DNA of 39,987 bases from NCBI GenBank assembly GCA_964016885.1, contig CAXHJY010001573.1, positions 1 through 39,987 on the forward strand, written 5' to 3'. Source of the DNA: Eledone cirrhosa. Its lineage: Eukaryota. The notes beneath the pieces are model-generated. The model was given only the letters and a program-made list of their open reading frames with translations. It was not told where the DNA came from and made no database searches. This document shows, piece by piece, positions 16,038-28,140 of this stretch. Positions within the stretch are counted from its first letter, which is position 1. The number at the start of each line of letters is the position of its first letter. Both the position numbers and the translations under genes were made by a program.

Positions 16038-16040
<3 letters not shown>
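15670..16040 (-). mobile_element. Penelope-like fragment between microsatellites, with a minimal HHR-like motif and a terminal 100-bp hairpin
   Basis: HHR-like motif at 15757-15792; segment 15862-15940 is homologous (inverted) to 38921-39001; inverted repeat at 15941-16040. Confidence 0.6.
15757..15792 (-). ncRNA. Minimal hammerhead-like motif of the Penelope type (core variant CCGAUGA)
   Basis: Minus strand reads TCTT-CCGATGA-A-GGAT-ACGC-ATCC-GAA-ACGT-T-AAGA: 4-bp stem I, 4-bp stem II, and loopless palindromic stem III ACGT. Confidence 0.55.
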
Positions 16041-16105
<65 letters not shown>

Positions 16106-16409
16106 GTATACTGACTCTAGCTGATGGAGATCCGGTGCGAAGGGAAAGATTTTTCCCTTCATATTTTGACGTAGTAGAAGTTATCTTGAAATAAAAGAAG
16201 CTGAGATATTTATAGTTACTAGTGACTGTTTGGTGATTCAATGGATGTGAACTCACGTAATGAAAACATCTGTTTACATTTATTAACTACTATGTGTAAT
16301 ATAATATACCTTAAACATAACAGACATATAGGTATCACACAAGTACAGATATACATATACATATATATGTATATATATATATATATACATGCATACATAC
16401 ATACACACG

Positions 16410-16449
<40 letters not shown>

Positions 16450-16474
16450 CAAATACATGCATACATACATACAC

Positions 16475-16507
<33 letters not shown>

Positions 16508-16758
16508 CATAAGTATATACATATATGCATACATATACACATACATATATTTACATATACACAGACATACATATATATATATACATACATGCGTACATAT
16601 ATACATACATACACTTACATACATACATGTATATACATATATATGTGTTCATATATATATATATATATATATAATCAGATTACATAGCAATATCTAAAGT
16701 TTCTGTGCAGCTTGCCCCATGCAGGGACAGCTGAATTCGCTTCTCAGTGGTTGTAAGA

Positions 16759-16849
<91 letters not shown>

Positions 16850-16924
16850 TGTGTGTGTGTGTGTGCGTGAAGTTGAGAAATAGTTGACTCAATAAATTAC
16901 CAGACAGCTTCCCTAATAGCGTGT

Positions 16925-17150
16925 CTGAGTTGGTAACCGCAACATTTAACTCTTAGCAGCCAAGTCTAACCAACTGTAAGGAGTTCTACCAATGGGAGTG
17001 TATGTATGTAGTGTTTTCAATGCTCAGAGAGTGGGATTGGTCGAGTGCAAGGCCTTTCCCCACTTAAAAAACCTTCAAAGCACAGGCATTGCTTGTTCAG
17101 GATATGTTACATGTTTGTGTGGCTGGCCGTAGCCTAAAAGTGCACTATTT
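16925..17150 (+). mobile_element. Retroelement-derived repeat (RTE 5'UTR-like), copy 2
   Basis: Homologous to 8684-8790 and 38322-38430. Confidence 0.55.
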
Positions 17151-17261
17151 TCTGTAATCTGACAAGCGATTGCAATACTCTTAGCAAAGTTTGCAGCCAT
17201 CATGTATGTTCGTTCTTCTGGTTTTATAATTTCACTAATTTTTTCCAATAGAGAGAGAGTC

Positions 17262-17794
17262 GGTTTCTAACATAGACACAAGACTCTCTCATTGGAATTT
17301 GCACAACATCAACTTGGTAGATATGTATGCATGTCTGCATGCATGCGTGTGCAGGGATGGATGTTATTGTATGTGTGGATGTGTATGTTTTGAGTTATAT
17401 GTGTGCATGTGCATATGTTTTGTTTCTGTACAAGTGTATATGCAGTTATTAGATGCAGAATTTTTGGAATGTTTTACATATTTTTACTGTTCCATTAATG
17501 AATTGTACTTGTAATTTCCTAACTAGTCGTGTTATTTCTGTTTCTGTGAAGCCCAGCTTCTCAAGATTTGTACTGAGGCAGTTACTAACATATCCCAGTG
17601 CCCCAATAATCACAAGTATAAATCTGAAGGTATAGTCAGAGTGGAGTATCTTTAGATTTCTCATTAGTTCTGCATAGATATTCTCCTTTTTGCTAATCTT
17701 TAATATTATATTGGCATCTGCTGGGCAGCTAACTTCCACTACCGTGCATGCCTTCTTTTCCCCTGTCCCATATCATTATATCTGGTCTGTTATG
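17262..17794 (-). mobile_element. 3' end of an R4/Dong-clade non-LTR retrotransposon (restriction-like endonuclease domain plus 3'UTR), frameshifted
   Basis: Minus translation HNRPDIMIWDR/EKKACTVVEVSCPADANIILKISKKENIYAELMRNL...VIIGALGYV fits the RPD...(D/E) RLE signature and the following IGALG motif of R4/Dong elements. There is a +1 frameshift near 17760. Confidence 0.85.
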
Positions 17795-18254
17795 CCGATG
17801 ATCTAAAAAAGTTTATTTAATGATCCCTGCATTAAATTGTGTGCAATTCGAGGGAGATTTCGGTCCTATTTCTAACAGGTCGAAAGCCCACATAGAGGTT
17901 CTTTCACAGGCTCACGTCGAAGTCAAATATAATCGTGTTCTTAGAATGAAGTCATGGATTTGGCAGGTTTTGTGTAGGAATAGCTGTGTAATTGAGACAG
18001 TTTAGAAGTTAATAAGTAGGGGCGAACCTTTGGTGTCTTATGACGAGGCTGTTACATTCATTACAGGGCTATGGTGACATTCATTACAGAGGTACGGTGA
18101 CAAAAACATTTGTCATGAGAGAAATTTGGATTGGATTACATGTAAATTTACAACGTTCCCACCCATTGATGTAAGTTGGTTTGTGACAGTTGGTAGGGGT
18201 GGGATTAATTGATTAAAGATCCAGTCTTAACTCCCTGGAGCATCGCAAAAAAAC

Positions 18255-18777
<523 letters not shown>

Positions 18778-19188
18778 TGAAACTCTGACCCTATCCAGTT
18801 ACATAACATATTTCCTATTCAACAGCAAACAAGTAAGTGTAAAGAGAGAATATAAGAAAGCTTGACGAATACACCGGACCTGCATTAAATGGTTACTAAA
18901 CGGAACTAGTTGATTGACACAATCCGCCTGTCTATGTACACGTGTGTATATGTGTCTGTATATAAGTGGCTGTCAATGTGTACTGTATATGCGTGTGCAT
19001 ATATGAGCAGGTTTACAAGTCTCTTTTCCTTCTAATCTCCCCCACTTCCCCCCCCCCACTCTCTCCTCTCAGCATATATATATATATATATATATATAGA
19101 TAGTAATAATAATAATAATGAAGAAGACGAATTTTGTAAATATTGATATCTTTGTGACTGTTATATATATTTCAGTGGTATCGATATA

Positions 19189-19221
<33 letters not shown>

Positions 19222-19224
<3 letters not shown>

Positions 19225-19882
19225 GTGCGGATGCATTCATGTATATATGTGTGTGTCCGCATGTATCTGTGTGTTTCTAAATATATTGTTAATAACTCCC
19301 TCTGGTCGAGCAATCTTTGAAGTGTGGGGACAGCTGGAAAGCTTCCATTACTCATACTTCTCGCCTTCTTCACCACCTCTTCTACGGCCTCGATATAAAT
19401 ACCCCCTCCGCTTCCGTGGTATTTTCTTCGGGGTTATAAGAGGCTTAGCTCTGTTTCTCAACCGTTATATCGCGTGACTATCTCCCCCTCCGCCTTTTGG
19501 GATTCTTTCTCACGTCGTGTAGACGCGTTCTTGAGACTAGTAAAATGAGGTATCCTCTTGATAAGTCGGCAGACCTCGCAAGGACTCTATATCTTTATGA
19601 TATATTGTTTTTGTTTATGCCACGAAACTACGTAGTCGAGGAATTTAGGAGCAGTTTAGGTATGATACATTTTATTACTAATTATATCTAAATGTTTCTT
19701 CTCTCTTCATAATGTATTTTTAACTCTGATACTGGTTCAGTCTAGTTCAACTGAATTGGTCTGTCCCAGTCATTCATTGAGCAACATCGGTGAAGTTGGC
19801 ACCCTTAACTCACAGTTGGGTGCGGATGCATTCATGTATATATGTGTGTCCGCATGTATCTGTGTGTTTCTAAATATATTGT
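19222..19882 (+). mobile_element. Candidate retrozyme or Penelope-pLTR-derived element: 595-nt unit with terminal redundancy, inserted in (TA)n
   Basis: Direct repeats at 19222-19289 and 19817-19882 differ by one GT dinucleotide; (TA)n lies on both sides; there is an internal HHR and no credible ORF. Confidence 0.75.
19553..19642 (+). ncRNA. Type I hammerhead ribozyme motif with a U3-A8 covariant core and branched stem II
   Basis: Stem I TCCTC (19553-57) / GAGGA (19638-42); core TTGATAA 19558-64; stem II GT.GGCA / TGCC.AC with G-C at the base; GAAA 19624-27; palindromic stem III ACTACGTAGT 19627-36; GUC site with cleavage predicted after 19637. Confidence 0.8.
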
Positions 19883-20610
19883 ATATATATATATATATAT
19901 ACACAATATATTAACAAATGGAAACTATATTTATAAAACCATATTTATTTTGTTATACATATTTCAAGGGCCACCAAGGCAAATTATGGTGCGCTTTCAT
20001 CAGATAAAATACAATCCAGAATTAGTTTTATAAATAAATATTGACATACCCTGAAAAAAAGACAACCTTAACGGTTGGAGCTGTTGAGTGCTTCATATCA
20101 GTTATAAAAATGTTTTAAGCTTGTTGAGTCCCAACAAATTAAATATAACCTCTGCTTATATATATATATATATATATATATATGAATAAAACTAATATCG
20201 TCGAAGACAGGATACAGACAATCTCAGCTTATCAGTCAACCGCTAGAGATGCGTTGTTTCAGTACTTTAAGATCGATACAGCCGGCTCTAGTGCATAACG
20301 GACAGTAACAAATGGACAAAGAACAAGACGATAGTCTTAACGACTATTTACAAATAAAAGAAAATTCGCCACTAACCCATTTAGGTTTTGATAAAGATGC
20401 CTTTATTCCGAGAATCCTTATTCTTCGTTTGTATTTTATTTTTAAAGAGCATCTGATCCAGGGGCGGTGGAAGCATTTCTGAATAGGGTAAGGGGGTTAG
20501 TCAATTTAGTTGTAGTGGTTAGTTTAGCTCTTTGCTCTCTGAAATGGTCAGAAAATGTAATTTGAGTCCATGCAGGTCATAGTACTTTTACAGCTTTCAA
20601 TAATTATAAA

Positions 20611-21160
20611 GTGATTGGTGATGGTCATGGTGGTGGTGGTGGTGATCGTCATGATGGTGGTTGTAGTGATGGCGTTGGTGGTGGTGATAGTCATGGTGGT
20701 GGTGGTGATTATAATGGTCATGGTCATGGTCATGGTGGTGGTGGTGGTGGTAGTAGTGGAGGTGGTGTTCATGGTTGGGGTGATGGTGGTGGTGATAATG
20801 GTGGTAGTGGTGATCGTCATGATGGTGGTTGTAGTGATGGCGTTGGTGGTGGTAATAGTCATGATGGTGGTGGTGGTGGTGGTTATGATGGTCATGGTGG
20901 TGGTCGTGGTGGTAGTGGAGGTGGTGTTCATGGTTGGGGTGAGAGTGATGTTCATGAAGGTGGTGGTGGTGATCGTCAGATGGTGGTTGTAGTGATGCTG
21001 TTGGTGGTGGTGATAGTCATGATGGTGGTGGTGGTTATGTTCATGGTCATGATGGTGGTGGTGGTGTTCATGGTTGGGGTGATGGTGATGGTGATGGTGG
21101 TGGTGGTGGTCATGGTGGGAGTGATGATGATGGTTATGATGATGATGGTGGTGGTGGTAA
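20611..21160. repeat. (GGT/GAT)-rich low-complexity tract with about 160-170-bp higher-order repeats
   Basis: GGTGATCGTCA..ATGGTGGTTGTAGTGATG recurs near 20641, 20809 and 20968. Confidence 0.9.
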
Positions 21161-21410
21161 TATTGAGATTGTTAATTTACTTCGCTGCATATTTGCTTTC
21201 ATTTCCCGCCTCTAATAAACTCGCTCTCCGGTATTTCTGACTAAAATTAAGTCTCAATATTATATATCTTTTACTCTTTTACCTGTTTCAGCCATCCAGC
21301 TGAGGCCATGCTGGGGCACCGCCCTTGATATATATATTTTTTAATACTATTTTATTTTACGTATTTATTATTATCATTGTTGTTGTTATTGTTTTTGTTG
21401 TTATTATTAT

Positions 21411-21595
21411 TGGCAGTATCGGTAGAGGGTCGGACGCCATGCTTTGACGCATAGAGTTACGGCCCTTGCCATTCTGAGTTCAAATCCCGCCGAGGTTAAC
21501 TTTGCCTTTCATCCTTACGGGGTCGATAAAATAAAGTACCAGTAATACACTGGGTAATTGCTGGCCGTGTGCCAAAAGTAGAAACAATTATTATT
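21411..21595 (+). mobile_element. tRNA-derived SINE, family A
   Basis: A-box-like TGGCAGTATCGG, B box GAGTTCAAATCCC, body CTTTGCCTTTCATCCTTACGGGGTCGATAAAATAAAGTACCAG, tail GTAGAAACAATTATTATT. Confidence 0.9.
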
Positions 21596-22154
21596 TCAAT
21601 TTTATTTATTTGTTTTAATTTAATTTTTTTTATTTTATGCATTTTTTATTTTGTTTATTTATTTATTTTGTTTATTAATATTTTTTTTGGAGGGGGGAGC
21701 AAAGTTTCTTTTGTTTTGGTTTGTTTTTGATTCTTTGTTTGACTCCCGAAATTTTAATCCATTGAAAAAAGGCCAAAAACAAAAGTCAATAAAAATCTGT
21801 GAATGGCGCAGTAGTTAGTGGGGAACGAATGAGAAGGATGAAGAAACTGGAAGTTAGGCGAAGAAAGAAATAAGTGTACGGAGTACGGTCTGGGCTGTTG
21901 TATTTAACATGCTTCCGATTCTAACGAATTTACCATAGTAACTTCACATTATAACGATGAAAATTAATTCAAATTAGCTCTTAAAAACAATTACAAGCTA
22001 CACATTTGCAAGGAACGAGATATGTATGTATATACATATATGCATAAATATATAAATATAAGCTTACATACTCGTATACACGTACACATATGCATAGTTA
22101 TATACGCACATCGACATATATATACACACACAAACATATATAATGATAGAGAAC

Positions 22155-22214
<60 letters not shown>

Positions 22215-22482
22215 TACACATACGTATACATTCATAAGTATATGTATGCATACATGCATGCAAACATAAATACATAATACATAGATACATACATAATACA
22301 TACATGCATCCATGCATATATACATACAAATATTTCTGTTTGCCTATATATATATATATACTGTATATAAATATATATACTGTATATAAAATTAAACGAG
22401 AAAAATTATAGGAGTACAAAGAAGATAAACAAAAAAATATTTTGTGTCCTAATATACTAGGAGATGTCGATAACGAAATAAG

Positions 22483-22911
22483 GGTTTCTGATTTAGGCAC
22501 AAGGCCAACAATTTTAGAAGAGGGGAAAGTCGATTAAATCGCCCCCAGTGCATTACTGGTACTTTGTTTTATCGATCCCGTAAGGATGAAGAGCAAAGCT
22601 AACCTCGGTGGGATTTGAACTTACAATGCAAAGGGCCATAACTCTTTGCTGCAACGCGTGGTGTTTGGTGCTTTACCAATACTGCCAATCCACCACCCTA
22701 ATAATGATAACAATAATAATTGTTTCTACTTTTGGCACAAGGCCAATGTATTACAGGTTCGATAAAATACCAGTAATACACTGGGGTAATTGCTGGTGCT
22801 TTATTTTATCGAACCTGCAAGGATGAAAGGCAAAACTAACCTTGGCGGGATTTGAACTCAAGGGGCCTTGGTGGGATTTGAAGGCAAAGCTAACCTTGGC
22901 GTAAAGGGCCA
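22483..22911 (-). mobile_element. Two tandem family A SINEs (22483-22699; 22721-22911, rearranged) separated by an (AAT)n tract
   Basis: Same B box, body and tail as the other copies; a third tail stub lies near 22925. Confidence 0.85.
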
Positions 22912-23003
22912 ATAATAATAATAATTGTTTCTAAGTTTGGCGTAAATCCACAAATGTTAAAACAAAATATTGATCCGAAAAGTTTGTGGTTCTTATATTG
23001 CCT

Positions 23004-23039
<36 letters not shown>

Positions 23040-23749
23040 AACAAACAAATTTATGAGGACAAGGAACGATGAGTTGTTTTCTTCGTTTAAATAAACCTCT
23101 TATTGTGAGTTTGATTTCCAGTTCTTCACGACAACCACCAGCACGCATCAAAACCTCCATTCACTCAACACATTTCTTTCTTTTTTGAATCTGTTTCAAA
23201 CAATAAGATTCACTTTTAATAAAGAATAATCGTTAACGCCTATCCCACTTGCTTTCCAGTCGATAACAATTGAACTACTAACTCCTTTCCTCCAATTTTA
23301 TGTAAATCTTCAGGACGAAGATTAAACTTTCTTTATGTAAACGCCGCCTACAAAACACCTGCAAAACCACACAGGAGATATTTTTCTTCTCGATACTTTT
23401 AAAGAGAAGATAATCAGCTTAATTTACCACTTACCTATTTTTTTTTTTTTTTTTCTCTATTTCCTTTGAAGTTTAACTCTTTTGAGCTTATTTCTTTTAT
23501 CTAGAAGATTTGGTTCAACTAGTTTAGCTTACTTGAGTCGCTATATAGGACAAGTCTTACTGTTCACTGGCTATTCAGTTTGTGTATTAAGTTGATTTGT
23601 TCATTTGTAAATGTGTTGAGAAACAATGTCTATTAAATAACCTTCTTCTGCTAAATTATTTACTTGGTTGTTTTAGAACAAGCACAGCACGTTTTTACGA
23701 TCAAGTCAAGCTCTCGGTACTAATAGTCTGTACCTCTAACATCTTAAGT

Positions 23750-23885
23750 CAGGCATAGGTAACCTTTTTCGAGCAGTGGGCTGCATAGGATGTAGCTCAT
23801 CATAATGGCGGGCTACATTCAAGGCAATTTTGAAATTTAGCATGCCACTCAGAAAGCCAAACGGGCCACAGGTTTCCCGTGACTA
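23750..23885. mobile_element. Decayed hAT/Charlie-type MITE
   Basis: Left end CAGGCATAGGTAACCT, right end AGGTTTCCCGTGACTA, with subterminal GGGCYRCA-like motifs. Confidence 0.5.
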
Positions 23886-24240
23886 ACTTCGAGTCTTTTA
23901 TTTTACGAATGGTTAAAAGTACGACAAAATCAACGCCCTCTATCTTGCCGCGTTCCTTTGATAAGTCATAGTTCCCTTTTTTCTTTTTTTTCTTTATAGG
24001 GAAACCCATTATAGTCATACAATCAATTAGAACCGCCTTTGCAAGGTTGTTTGGGCACCAGAATGTAAATACAAACTAGGTTTTATGTTTTATTTACTCA
24101 ACCGAACAGATGTGATCTTTTTTTTATGAAATCATGAACCATGATTTCATTTTGGAAATATCTTCTATGTTGTTTAGTTGCTTTTCTCATCATTTCATTC
24201 TTGTAATATATTATTGCTATTATTACTATTTACTATTATT

Positions 24241-24448
24241 CAGAATCAGTAGAGCGTCGGACAACATGCTTTGCGGCATAGAGGAACATCCCTTTACATT
24301 CTGAGTTTAAATCCCGTTGAGGTTAGCTTTGCCTTTCATCCTTACGCGGTCGATAAAATAAAGCACCAGTAATGCACTAGGGTCGATTTAATCGACTTTC
24401 CCCTCCCCCCAAATTGCTGCCCTTGTGCCTATAGTAGAAACCATTATT
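24241..24448 (+). mobile_element. tRNA-derived SINE, family A
   Basis: B-box-like GAGTTTAAATCCC, shared body, tail CCTTGTGCCTATAGTAGAAACCATTATT. Confidence 0.88.
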
Positions 24449-24459
24449 GACCCAGTGAA

Positions 24460-24592
24460 TTACAGGTGTAATCCATCCGACGAGCTACTAGATAGTTTCC
24501 ATTTGCCCAGTTTCACTCACAAGGTATGGGTTAACATGAGGCTGTCGTAAATGACACTTGTCCAAGATGCAATGCAGTAAGATCGAACCAGA
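24460..24592 (-). mobile_element. Decayed second tRNA-derived SINE fragment
   Basis: Reverse B box GATCGAACC preceded by GACACTTGTCCAAG (CORE-like on the minus strand). Confidence 0.5.
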
Positions 24593-24687
24593 GACTTGAC
24601 ACAAATTAACTATATTCATAACAAAACCAGTAACTTGAAACATTCCTATGAAGCAAAATCACAAAAAAACTTTTCGTATCATTATCC

Positions 24688-24882
24688 CAGACCTGTCAAC
24701 TGCCTCCGTCCGACGGGGCGATCTCCTACCCACTTTGGGGTGGGTGAGAGATGTTTTCTCTTGTGAAAATGGGTATAGCTTTCATTATGTAAAATCTCCC
24801 CATTTTGCCTCATTTCTCCCCATTTTGAGGCACTGTTTTTCATGGCACTCCCCGTTTGGGTTTTTAGAGGTTGGCAGATCTG
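24688..24882 (-). mobile_element. MITE family M1, copy 2, with a perfect 6-bp TSD TTATCC
   Basis: TIRs CAGACCTGTCAAC / GTTGGCAGATCTG; TTATCC on both flanks. Confidence 0.92.
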
Positions 24883-24928
24883 TTATCCAAATAAATCAGA
24901 ATTTTTAAAAAAGCAAGTTCATTGTGTT

Positions 24929-25570
24929 AAATCATCACTAAATAGCTAGCAGACACTGTTGGCAACATTTAGTAAGGAAGCTGATACGATGATTGAGACA
25001 AGTTTTGTTATGTCATTGAATACTGCTCGTGTTAAACGCCCATATTCTCATGACGAATTTTCTAAGAAAAATATTGCTGAACTTGTTGCTGTGGTTAGAA
25101 ATAATAAATAAATAATACTTTAGTTTTGCCCAAGCATAATTTCAAGCCGTAATTTCAAGTATCTTCGAAATTAACGTTGATGCTGCAGGTAAAATTCAAA
25201 ATGGTTTAAGGAATTTCCTTGTATTCAGCTTAGCTCTCGGCGAATCTACAGACGTAGAAGATAACTCACGAATGAAAGTATTTATTTCTGTTTCTTCTTC
25301 TGAAACAATGAAAGAAGAGATGTGGTAGTTAATGACATTAAAAATACGCTTGACAGAAACTTAACAAATGAATAACTTCTCATTGTTGAAACAGATGGAA
25401 CACTTCCAATGGTAGGAGAAATGCATGTCTAGTGATCCCAGCTTTCCAGAGTTTCTCCTTGTTCAATACATTATTCCTCACGAACAACTGACAGCCAGGT
25501 ACATGAAGTACGAACATGTTATGAAATGTGTCCTTGAAACTGTTAATTTCATACGCTTAAATGGGGAAAA
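24929..25570 (+). pseudogene. Decayed hAT (Charlie/SPIN/GTF2IRD2-like) transposase fragment
   Basis: Interrupted translations ETSFVMSLNTARVKRPYSHDEF, FSLALGESTDV (DESTD motif), TDGTLPMVG (TDGAPAMVG) and QYIIPHEQLTA...HVMKCVLETVNFIR (HCIIH...VNFIR), in the expected order, with stops and deletions. Confidence 0.85.
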
Positions 25571-25848
25571 CACTCCATTTCCGAAATGTATAGTAAAGTA
25601 TAATGTATCCCTGACTACATTCTCTTGGATTCATTATACAATAAGCCTTCTTCAATTGTTATGGTTGTAGTGTGTGACTTGCAGGAGATTCGGCAGCTAT
25701 TTCTAATAACTCAATCAGCAGATTCCTCGTTTGCTTGCCATAAATAAGTAGTTACAGCTAGTATTCAATTTCAGCAAAATGCATTTTTGTCATGGACTGT
25801 TCCATGAAAAGTTCTCATGAACGTACTCACGGTCGCATATTCGTACAC

Positions 25849-26040
25849 CAGACCAGCCAATCTCTAAAAACCCAAATGGGGAGTACCATGAAAAAATGGA
25901 CCCCAAAATGGGGAGAAATTAGGTAAAATGGGAAGATTTTACATAATGAAAACTATACCCATTTCCACAAGAGAAAACATCTCTCACCTAGCCGAAAGTG
26001 TGTAGATCTCCCAATCGGACGGGGAGAGTTGACAGGTCTG
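25849..26040 (+). mobile_element. MITE family M1, copy 3
   Basis: TIRs present; flanks GTACAC / GTACAT. Confidence 0.9.
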
Positions 26041-26859
26041 GTACATATCTAGATGTACTCCTATGTGTTTCGTTGCTTTTTCTTCTAGAGGCATTTTACC
26101 AATAAGTCTTTGTTTCAAATAGCTCCAACCTTTTCTTTTTAACTATCTTAGTTGCTCGGTTATAATGCAGTTTTGCTGATAAGGTCCTTTAAGAATAAAT
26201 CAAGTTTCCCAGTATAAATCTTGCACATTCTACGATGTAATTAATTCTCTAGAAGGGCGGTTCCATTATTTTTGAGAGCAAAAATGTGAGGACAGTTGAT
26301 AGCCTTTTATTTCTTTATGTTAAAATTATTTTCAAGAACAAAGTGTAAGGTCAATTGATAGAGTTTAACGCCTCTCCATGCTTTTCAAATGTAATGAAAT
26401 CAAATATGTAACTAAGTTCTCAGTTTTTGACTTTGTGTTTTTATTTTTTAAAGTAATTCAATAAGAAATATAGTTCAGCTTGGTTAAGTTACACTTAAAG
26501 AAGTCTTCAGTATTTTTTACTATTCGTTTTAGAGATTGACTTTACAGAACTCGGATTGTATTTTTCGTTTTCATACTAGAAAACCCCGATTTTTCAACGT
26601 AAATGCTTAAAATATTAGTAACATGACCAAACGCCACAATAATTGCCATTTTCAATGTGAAACTATATTCAGGCGGGATTTCTATTACTTTTTGTCGGCG
26701 AAGAACATAACAACTTTGCTCAGATTCTACAGTTTGATTACATTCAATGGATAGACTGATCCAGAAACTATTGTAAATAGTTCCCTTTTGTTAGTTTCGG
26801 ATTGTATAAAGATATGTTTTTATCATAGATACAATGTTAGATATTTAATAATGTGGCTC

Positions 26860-26960
26860 TAGTCGATTATATCTACTCCATTACCTGACCCGTGTTTATT
26901 TTATATATTGTGGAAAGTTGAAAGGTAGAATTGACCCCGGTGGAATTTGAGCTCAGAACA
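26860..26960 (-). mobile_element. Old degenerate family A-like SINE fragment
   Basis: TGAAAGGTAGAATTGACCCCGGTGGAATTTGAGCTCAGAAC resembles the body and B box. Confidence 0.55.
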
Positions 26961-28140
26961 TATGGTTCTTTTATAATTCCATTCACATGAGATGCCTTCC
27001 ATGAATATACATCAAATCATACTTTACTTTATCGATGCCGGCAGGGCATTATAAGTAGTGCCGGATTTACCATTGTGCTTAAGCTCAGGGCCTCGTTGGC
27101 CAGGGATGGGCCCATCTTCCTGCCAAAAATATTTCAGTTAATTAACTCAACTCCACAATGGACGCTTTGCTGAATTTTGAATTATAAATGCTCTGCTACT
27201 ACAACTATTCGCTCCCGAAGAACGAAGGGTAAAAGAGTCATTGAGCTTAACTTATCTTACCAATGAAAATAATGAACTAACATACGATAACATTATGTAT
27301 TAGTATGTATATATATATATATACACGCATACACACATTGGTATGTATATTCAGATGGAAGGGTTAAATAATAATTTAAGGTTAAAGGAAGTAGTGTGTG
27401 AATGCGAATTTTAGTATTTTAGTTTTAGAGAGAGGTTAGAGTCGTGAAGTGTATCGAAGTATGAAACGCTCCACTACTCAGTACCAATTTGCTGAAAGAG
27501 CATCAAATTTCTATTTGAATTTTACATGAAAAAAAAATCAAACAAATAAATATATATTAAGCTGGCTTCTTCATTTCATCAAATTTAGTAAGTTTATTAA
27601 CAATTATATGAGATTGAAGATAGTTTGATGAAAATATTATATGTATTAGCTACTTCAGCTCCCCATATGCATCTCCCTTCCCAACAATCTCAATACTGGT
27701 GTATTGACAATTATAATTTTTCACATCATCTCTGCCCGCCCATCACTCAACTCTGTCATTAATTTCACTAAATGACAAAAACAGAAGAGAAAATATAATT
27801 AAAAAATAAGAAAATAAAAATTAAATAGTTTTCGAAATCTGAAAAAGATATTTTCTTCCAATTTAAGTTGTGAATTTGTATCCTGCAGCGGGAGTTGAGT
27901 TATGCCTGGTAGCAGTAATGGTTGAATTTACTTAAGCCCAGGTTCTGATATATCTAGCAGCTTTTACTAACACCTTCAACTAACTCTGCTAGCAACGAAT
28001 CATTAAGATAGGATCAATATAGTCGCTCAACCTGCTAGAAATAGCAGCCAACTCTTCCTTAAGCAACACGCTGCCATCTCGAAAAAGGAGACATTGGCTG
28101 TAATTTACTGAAGTCCTTCGCAAAAAAAAACAATGATAAT

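Noticed and set aside
20611-21240. Gly/His-rich ORF resembling cephalopod beak or cuticle proteins
   Set aside because: It derives from a (GGT/GAT) tract, shifts into poly-Val/Met midway, and has no signal peptide or GHG-hydrophobic/Tyr repeats.
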